DNA from: Octopus vulgaris
Lineage: Eukaryota
Assembly (NCBI GenBank): GCA_951406725.2
Contig: OX597814.1
Coordinates: 90,582,001-90,646,000, forward strand
Direction of reading: 5' to 3'
Length of the DNA: 64,000 bases
Made by a program: the position numbers and the translations under genes. This document shows, piece by piece, positions 54,500-64,000 of this stretch; within the stretch, counting starts at the first letter, position 1; each line of letters begins with the position of its first letter. A model generated the notes under the pieces. It did no database searches and had not been told where the DNA came from. It saw only the letters and a list, made by a program, of their open reading frames with translations.

Positions 54500-55500
54500 G
54501 AAAGCGTTAAAATAGTGAACATGGAATTAACACACGCAAACCAAAGCAAATAACAAAACTAAACCCCCAATGGAACAACAAAATAATGATCACGATAAAC
54601 GGAACCAGAAAAACACACAAAATCTTGAATAAAAGGGATATTAAAATATTCAAGAATAGAAAATGCTAAAGATTGCAATCATGAAAGCAACAATAATAGA
54701 TGGGAATAATTAAAGAATTAAAATCAATAACTCTTCCTATCTATCAACGAAAACATCTAACGATAAAACAGGAAAAACAATAATAGAACACTCCGCAAAC
54801 CTGGCCGTCTAAGAGTTAATGTAAACTGATGCCAACATCACTATCACCAAGATGAATTTAATAATGTAACCGCTAAAAAGTTACGAATTAAGTGAGCACT
54901 CCTTCAGATTTGTTTATATGAAAATCAAGCAAACAGCGCGGGAAAGAAACACATAAAGAACGTAAAAACAAAAGAAAACGTCACATAATCTGCAGCAAAA
55001 TCAATGAGAAAAAAACTCAAATGAAAAATGAAAAACTGACAAATACAACAAAGAGAAAACATGAAATAACAAATCCATGCTAAATTGTAAAGAACCCACC
55101 GTTATGGAAAACAAATAGCTTATTTCAATCACAAATGATTTTATCATTAAGAAATTGTAAAATAAAATATAAATCAGTACGCCAAGAAAATTGAGAGAAT
55201 TTAGAGAAGTACTACTGAGAGGTAATAGGTGGGGTTAAGATAATATTGTTCAAAACAACATGCTTACGCTGGTCTTTGTGTGGGACGACATACTGCCTAA
55301 AAATAGCCTTGATACGAGAACAAATAAATATCTGGAATGTACAACAAAATTATAAAGTTACAAAATACTAAAAAAAATAGCAAAAACTTAACATATTTAA
55401 AGAAGCAAAGAACTTCCTTGTTGAGAAAAAGATCTTATTCCTAAGATTGACGAAGCAGAAAGCCCTAAAAGAAATATAGACCCAAGCTACTCTGTCTACG
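54500..55500 (+). mobile_element. Possible very old LINE RT remnant
   Basis: A-rich strand bias and GLCVGRHTA/GDxxxP-like motif remnant at ~55271-55300. Weak. Confidence 0.3.
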
Positions 55501-56935
55501 TTAGATTCTTTATGTTCCATGTCTTAGCATCCAACATCCACAACAATAAGTATGTTCATCGCTTTTTAAAGCAGTATGTCTGAAACCTTCAAAATATACC
55601 AGATCATGGGCACAAAATCTTTTAACATCATCATCCTCCTACTTTCCTAACATAATCGCTGTAGCTAACACTTTTGCACACTTGTGAAATTCATTCTCAC
55701 GTTAAGCTTCTCTTTGCTTGTGAGTTCTACTGCCAGAACGCCAAAGTAAAAATGCGTATCAAAATAATTCTTTATCAATCCATAAATTATGCCATAAATC
55801 TAAGAACAGATCTCATAGATGCCAATATATTAGCTATATTCCTGATTTCTATGTTCATTATGTTATCGAGAGCATCATCGAAAAACTCTCTCATAAAAGA
55901 TCAGGTCACCTCCTTCATCTAACGTGGTCGAATACTTCTGTCAATTACATACTTCTGAAATTATTTCGTACCTCTCCTGTATGTACTTTAAAGATCGATA
56001 GATTCTTTACTATACTCATATTACTCCATTTCTGTGAGATCTTTAATTATATACGTTTGACTTTACGATGAAATCTAGTCAATGGATTTCTGAGAAACTT
56101 CTTTGTTGGCATTTGCCAACATATACCTACTAATTACATTCGCACAATTGTGCCACGGTTCTGCGTGTCCGCATCATATCCTTTGTTCTATTACTTCGTC
56201 CTCATTACCGTTGCTTTGCAACACTTATCACCGTAATTCGCTTCTCCTACAGCCTGACTCCCATCGTTAGTTCTATTTCCTTGAACATCCAACCCTCTCT
56301 GAGAAAGTAGAAATTCAGAAGAATACCCTAGCTATATGTGGTAAGTTGCTCCCTAATATACAAACTGCAGAATATGGCAAAACTGGAAACAAATACCTGT
56401 ACCGCTCTGGTTGTTCACTTATAACCAAGAAATAATACACGCACATGTATGACATACTTAGGAGTGTACAGCTGCAGGCAATTCAATGCTGGTTTGTCAC
56501 ATATTACTATCAAAGATAGCAAAGAATGCCACTGCCTTCTAACATGTTATGAATTCCCACAGATAACGGTGTAAATTTAAAACAACTAAAAATATTCAAA
56601 TATAAGGACCGGGAAATAAATATTGGAAATAGGTTGGTTTTGGTTGAAGCCGAACACAAAATCTCTTACTATATTTAAATGGCTTGGAAATTATTAAGAC
56701 AGATGTAGGGAAATACATAACCAAAAGACAAGACTATATATTAATAAGCAGCATTCAATTGTTAGGTTATATAGTTTTAAAAAGTACTACAACAATGCAA
56801 TGTTCATATGTCAAAAGGAATAATATTAATAGTAAAGAAAATATAAAGCAATGCTAACACAAAGCAAAGCAGTATACTATACAAGGCATACTGAGAAGTA
56901 TACAGTTACAGGGAGAGAGCACGCGATGGAAATAT

Positions 56936-56936
56936 A

Positions 56937-56990
<54 letters not shown>

Positions 56991-57012
56991 GCTACTGCTG
57001 CTGCTGCTGCTG

Positions 57013-57055
<43 letters not shown>

Positions 57056-57071
57056 AGCTACTACTACTACT
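56936..57071. repeat. (CTA)n/(CTG)n trinucleotide microsatellite
   Basis: Direct inspection. Confidence 0.95.
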
Positions 57072-58510
57072 AAACTTACACGCAAGCATAAACTCACACG
57101 CACACATACCTACACATATACATACATACATGTGTATGTGCGTGCGTGTGCTTGTGTGTGTGTGTGTGTTTGTGTGCGCGCGCACGTGCTTCTTCAGTAC
57201 AAAGATACCCATACTTTGGAGACACGCATGAATTAAGCATTGCAGATTACAATTGTGGAAAAACAATTGAAAATCTCGATTTTTGTTGGCTAACATTTCT
57301 CCACAATTTGCTTCCTTCTATTTCCTTAGACTTCTAGATGTGACTATTATCGATTTCTTCTTTGTTTTCATAGTTTTATGTTTTAATCATAAAAAGTTAT
57401 GATTATTTTATAGTTTTAGAATGTTATATTTTCTGTTTTCAATCATTAGCGTTGGTTATCTGCAGGCTATTGCAGTCTTTGGTGGGCTAATCGTTATTTT
57501 CTTTCTGTTGTATGGAAAAAAAGAATCTTTCTCGAAACATTATATGATTTTAACGAATGTATGTTAATACAAAATCATTTTTCTATGCTTTCATCTATTG
57601 GAGCAGCTTACATATTTTGTAAAATTTCTCACCCGCATTGCTCAACGGTCTCCCCAAACATATATGGTATTCGTCTGCATGGCAGTACTTTCAGCAAATT
57701 GTAGAACTGTTTTATGAATCTTTATAGTTGTGCTCTCAATAGAATTAAAATCACAGATCTTTAAAACAGAAATCTGTAAAACAGTCGAAATAAAGGTTTT
57801 CAGAATTGTAATCTACAATGCATAAAACATACAATTCCGGGAGAGTAGTTCTTCGCGCACTACTGATTATTTTATATGCATTTTTACACATACACACACA
57901 CACACGCACACACACATACACAAATACCCATATGCACACATAAACGCATACACACATACGTACATACATACATGCAGGCATACGTACTTGCATGCATACA
58001 TACACATATACATACATAAGTAATACATACATACATACGCACATACGTACACACGCATATAGGAAATGTATCTATTTGTGCATCCATGTTGGAGGAGCAA
58101 AGGAAACACTGATAAAAAGAAACTAACATTTTCATAACATGGATCATTTGCTATTTGTGTTTAGAAACCTTTGTGATATATATCTTGCGACAATTGCAAT
58201 TTATTCGACCGTTATAGAAATATCAAACCTCTAAATGTTTTGGAGTTCATACTCGTTTTGCTTGCTATGAAAACATGCAAAAGAATGTTCAGCAGAGCAG
58301 CTAAGTTACATTAGATTTTCGATCATATTTCAAATGAAGAGTTCGATACTAAGATATCAATGACTTTCATGTCTGTTTCTTTTTATTTTAGATTGAAAAT
58401 ATAAAAGGAATGTGAGACTATATGTGTGAGTGTTGTGCGTACGCTCACATACAAATAGTAAAATACACATACACCACACTCAGATACACACTATTCTTGT
58501 CTCTCTATTA

Positions 58511-58557
<47 letters not shown>

Positions 58558-59436
58558 GCTTGTAACCACCAGCTTCCATTACTGGATAACTTCAGTTTAC
58601 CCTCCAATATATTCAAAGCTTGGAGAATAAATGAGTATAAATATACGTACTGAATTCACTACACAAAAATACTTCCCTCCATACATAGATTCAAGAGATT
58701 AAACATTTTAAAAATTATATATCTTTTGAAAGCTTGTTTATCACTGGATTATATGCATTCACTTTGAATCCCTGTCTGACATGTGTTTCTACTGCATAGA
58801 TCCCTTCATTCATATTACTATTACTGGTTTTTGAATCGAACAGAAGAGTTCGGTGTTTGATAGTCTATTCTGGGTATAACTAAGAAGAGGAAATTGCGTG
58901 TTTCGTGTAGAAGACAGTGGGGGTTGATGTGTAATACGATATGGCAATAAAGTATGTTATCATTTTATCCTATAGTGACCCTTAACATTTAAATGGAATG
59001 GCATGACAATAAACTTAGTTGTTAGAGCCATGACCACAAGCGGTATAAGATAGACAGAGTAAGAGTAATTAGAAGGATAGGAACTGTACTGAAGATTTTG
59101 TTACGAAAATTTTGTTAAAAGCGGGTGGAATTTACATCTATATTGTTAAACTCTAAATATAGTAAATCTACTAACAATATCTAGATAATTCTTTCGTATA
59201 CTTTTTTACAAGTAATTTCTTGTTGAAGATCTTTCTTATGGAAATTTTTACGTACACAAAAGGTGTAGTAGCCGGAGAGGCCCTGACCTGGTCAAGATTT
59301 GCTCCGCTCACTGAACATTCTTGTCACAGAATCAGCTTTAAGGATAAGTAGTTGAGTAGGAATTAAGAGATTCAGGAATTGAACATTTGAATATACATAT
59401 ATGCTTGTAACTACATATCTCCTGAATGTGTGTGTG

Positions 59437-59440
59437 TATG

Positions 59441-59474
<34 letters not shown>

Positions 59475-59476
59475 TG

Positions 59477-59505
<29 letters not shown>
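59437..59505. repeat. (TATG)n microsatellite
   Basis: Direct inspection. Confidence 0.95.
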
Positions 59506-59507
<2 letters not shown>

Positions 59508-60049
59508 GTTCTTTTCTATTCTAGCGATGACACTTTATACACGAATCGTGATTCTGTTGATGACATCGTGTAACGAAGAACTGTTTCGTGAAACACGACA
59601 TACCGTGAAATGTCTACTAGTTCACTTCCTGTCGAAGAGGAAATATGTTTCCGCCATGCTTGAGAGGTTTCTCACTCCTTGGGATCCTAGTAGGCTGCAA
59701 GGCTGCTGCTTGCAACGGCCTAATGGGCTTTCAGGGTGTGCCATGGCCTACAATGATTAAGTACACCTGCTGATACAACGACCTATAAATCACTAATTGT
59801 TCAGAATGAAAAATTTCCACTGATTCGGTTATTTACTGAATTAGAGAGGGAGAAATGAGAAATTCGTATGACTGGCACGCTTCAAAATATAGTTCGATTT
59901 TTTTTTCTGGGTAGAAGAACTACGTAGGCAACAATAATTATGTTCAATTATGGATCATTTGCTATTTGTGGAAACTTTTGAAATTAGCATACCTGGAAAT
60001 TATATTACCCTATAATAGCAATTCTCGAATTATATATGTATATATCTGA

Positions 60050-60110
60050 GTTGGTGCCCCAGCATGGCCGCAGTCTAATGACTGAAACATGTAAAAGATA
60101 ATAGAAGATA

Positions 60111-60179
<69 letters not shown>

Positions 60180-60187
60180 ACTATCTT

Positions 60188-60282
<95 letters not shown>
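60050..60282 (+). repeat. SINE family B 3' tail (60050-60098) followed by (TCTA)n(CT)n(TA)n
   Basis: ggtgccccagcatggccgcagtctaatgactgaaacatgtaaaag. Confidence 0.75.
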
Positions 60283-60284
<2 letters not shown>

Positions 60285-61449
60285 GATCATTTGCTATATC
60301 GGCAAAAGAATATAGTGTTCTAAATCAAAGAATATACTTGGTTAAAAATGCCCTGAATTTAAATGTTTAGCACTTAGATCAAAAGAGCATTCCATTTGTT
60401 GCACTCCAATACATATTATCTTTGTTGTATTAGAAAACAAAAAAAAAATATACGTATTTCACATGGTCCAATTTATAGTAGGTTTTGTATTTTGGGCTGC
60501 GTATGCGCATGTCTTTTCTTTTTACTTAGACATGTATATATGCTTTTAAAACTATTGTGGGTTTCTCTCTTTTGAGCGTTTAATAAAAATGCGAACATTA
60601 ACTAATGGCCTGCGAGTATAATGTAGGTAAAACATTTCAAATTATTTCTAATATTATTTTCAGTATGCCGCAGAAAAGAGAGACAACTCTGGTCACATTT
60701 CATTCAATAAGCGAAGTATAGCTTTATCGTGCTTGTTGAATTACTGATATAATTAGTATAAACGCATGGTAATAGGATTCAGGAAAATCCTTCTACATAA
60801 AAAATAACGGTTAATGTTGGCGTATTTAATGCAGGGAACATTAAAACCATTTAAAACTAACTGGAAAGAAATATGCACTCTGTGAATATAAACTAATAAT
60901 AATAGGGAAAGATTAATCTAATTTCCAAACATTCGGACTGTACGCTGGAGACAACTGCAGGCATATTTCAATATGGACATGTTTGATATTTCTAGCTAAT
61001 GTCTATTAGATGCGCTGTTGTCGTTTAGCACTTTTCTGTTTTGAATGTATTTTAATCATTTTCTCTTCTTCAAAGCAAGCTAGTCTGAATGCGCTCTTGG
61101 ATCTTTAGTTCTCTCTATATTGAGCAGTCATTTTTCATACATATTTATGAAGAGGCTGTGCAATCTGTATTGGCAAATGTTGTGATAGCCAAAAGTAGAA
61201 TTACTAATCGGGTAAAATAACTCGGTAGCATCATTATATTGAAGTTCAAATGATATCGATGACAAATTTCGGAAGTAAATTCACAAAAACATTTAGCAAA
61301 ATGTTCCGAAATAATAAACTAAATAACGCTCAAACAACAGAAAAAATAAACTTTAAGATACAATTTTAGATTATATTCGTTCGAAAATGCAGAATATAGA
61401 GGCAAAACTAAAGACACGAATATACTTCTTATGAAATGTGTTCCACTAG

Positions 61450-62490
61450 GGGGCCTTTTATATATTGTTAAAATTTGATATTTATATACAGGTTATAAGT
61501 AATATTTTTTAAAATTTGTATGTATCAGGGTACGATATATTGACCATGCTCTGTCACTTAATGAATATATATTTTTATTTCTTGGAGTATTTCACAATGT
61601 TGGATTCTATTTCAGTATATGCATGAAGGTATTAAATCTCTCATGCTCATGCTTGTTTTTTCCACTTTGGTTGTGAATTATTACAATTGAACAAATGTTG
61701 CAGATAATATATTTTACTCCGTTATATACATTTTGGGATTTTGGGTAGGAAGGCTTTGCATTTATGTCTAAGTAATCCTTCTGTGTCAGTATTGAGATTT
61801 GTGCCTCTCAGACAAGGTGCGAAAATTCCAGTATCCACATCCGTCTAGGTGTTTTCCATGTATGTGTCAGCAAAAGCCTATTTATCTTAATACTTAATAC
61901 TTAATTCATTAATCATTCTCGTTGCAAGTTTTATTTTCTCCTTTCACTCACAAATGTCTGTGAATTCTGATACTGCTAAATCATTTTTGTTCTTGTTTTT
62001 TTGTATGTCTGTTTCTTTGTAGATACATTATGTTTTCCCATTGTTTGTTTACTAAAAATTGTGGGGATTTTATAAGTTTCTTATTGAATAAGACTCTACT
62101 TCCTTGAATAGGGGAAAAAAATATTATCTTTTTACTTTAGATTTTGAGGTGTGGATTCGAGTCATTGTAACTCTTATTTCATTTGTGTAACGTTAGGCTG
62201 AGAATATTATAATTGTAAGTCACTACCATGATAGCTAGATTTTTTTGCATTTAACATTTAAGTATTTATCTCTTCCTGAAATTCCCTTTCATATGCCTTT
62301 TGTATTTTCCCTGTACCATTAATATAATTTCTCTCTTTTTTGCACTTCCGAATCAGCTTTGTATGCGTTAGCTCTTTTGAAAATTAGATCATGTTTGTAT
62401 TTTAACAGTTCCTATGGGTTTTCAATTTCCCTTTTTACACCTTTTATAGTATTACAACGGGGAGTTTGTCATTCTCTGTTCGTGGTTACC

Positions 62491-62550
<60 letters not shown>

Positions 62551-63950
62551 TTTGTTTGTGAATTCTACATAGGCTCGGCTTACATTCGCTGCACATACTA
62601 GTTTGAAGTTCTTACTATTCTTTGATAAATTCGTTTTAGATTGTTGTCGAACTGCTTGTTTTGCTCAACTCTTGCTTCAATTGGGTTGTTTTTAAACTTA
62701 GGCTATTCCTTTTTTCATGCAGTAGTTACATCTTTGTTTTCAGTCGATATTCCTCATTGATTGGGAGAGGTTTTTATTTATTAAAAAAAATTTTTACATC
62801 TGTTTCCATGTCTTGTATGTGTTTGGAGTTTCAAACTTTTCGTATTCTGAAAGAGTACTCATTTTCTTTTGTAATATTTGTGGCTGCTGCACTTATTATT
62901 TCGTTGAACATGGTTTCATTTATGCTCTCGTTTATCTTCATTAAGTCTGATATGGCGAGGCCCGCACATAACATTTATTACTAATTTATTATTCAGTTCA
63001 CACAGCCGAAGTTACTTGTATTTTGCTCTCTAGATACTATTGCTTGAAATTATTTCTATAACCATATATTTTCGGATGAATAGTTTGGAATTTCTATAAT
63101 TTTATCTGCCTCAGGTTCACTTTAATTGGCATTTCTGCCGCTGTTATGATGCTTCAGATGTTATTAGTCAGTATTTTGTAGGGTCACAAGAGTTTTGCTT
63201 TGGTTGTCTATTTTGCTTCTACTTCACGCACTAGATCTAGTTTAGTGACTTGTGCCATCAATGCTTTTCGTTTCGTTCGTTGTTACATTGGTTTAGTGTT
63301 GATTTGTGCATTCTAATTTGATATCTGGTATTGTGTTATCATTGAGGGTATATATCTATAGGTTTGCTATTCTCTTACTAACGTTATCTTTATATTCAAT
63401 ATTTTCCCTCGGGCTTAGAAATTTTAGGTATAATGTAACTGTAAATTAAATATGCTGAAAATAAATACAATCTTCTAATAATGTGTATGCTCTTCAATTT
63501 ATGAGTAAGGTCTGATCTTGTATTTGATAAATGGAACTTTCTTCAAATTATGGTGTATTATCTTTTTGCGATGCCAAGTTTTCCAAAAGTACATTTTTCG
63601 GTATTTTTGTTCATAAAATTCAAAATAAATTTTGCTCGGCTAATTTTCGCTTGAATAAAATTATTTCAATTTCTCTTTTTTCTTTATGTGTTGTGTAAGT
63701 GTGTGATGATGATTAATATGTCTAAACATAGACTGACATACAGTCTTTTGTTATTTTGTTTACACATGAACAAAGTAGTCTAGCATGGTACGTAGAAAAT
63801 GAGCCATTCTTTATGTTATATTAGCTCTTTGTATTACATTATATATATGAAATAACTGAGAGGACTAGTTTTCAACTGGCTTGTTTTATTTCAATGTTTT
63901 GGCTTTCATTAATTCTTTTTTATTCACTTTGTTTGGACGATGTATTTTGT
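61450..63950 (-). mobile_element. Possible very old LINE remnant
   Basis: Persistent T-rich strand bias over 2.5 kb, like decayed LINE ORFs. No intact motif could be verified. Confidence 0.3.
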
Positions 63951-64000
63951 GGCATTCATGTTAATCTTACACAACATTCTCGTGAAGCGTCTCTGATGAT

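Overview
AT-rich, microsatellite-dense eukaryotic non-coding DNA. The SINE repertoire and (TA)n/(CA)n/(TCTA)n load suggest an octopod cephalopod, which is an inference rather than a database result. I find no convincing host protein-coding exon, and most listed ORFs are microsatellite or antisense artefacts. Recognisable content: (1) a decayed Penelope-like element (RT + GIY-YIG) at 48-1933, with an inverted terminal copy, a tRNA-like motif and a minimal hammerhead ribozyme (HHR) in its 3' region, inserted into a SINE; (2) a decayed Tigger/pogo transposon (~3960-7629); (3) two diverged, head-to-tail ~1.6-1.7 kb elements that encode only an ORF1/gag-like CCHC protein and share a 14-bp target inside the tRNA-like head of a SINE (14773-18080), the most interesting item; (4) a mariner-superfamily deletion derivative and a hAT-like non-autonomous element; (5) a Tx1/L1-type ORF2 remnant next to or inside a second decayed PLE; (6) three short microsatellite-flanked elements carrying HHR-like cores; (7) many copies of at least two SINE families; (8) several locally templated inverted duplications or foldbacks.
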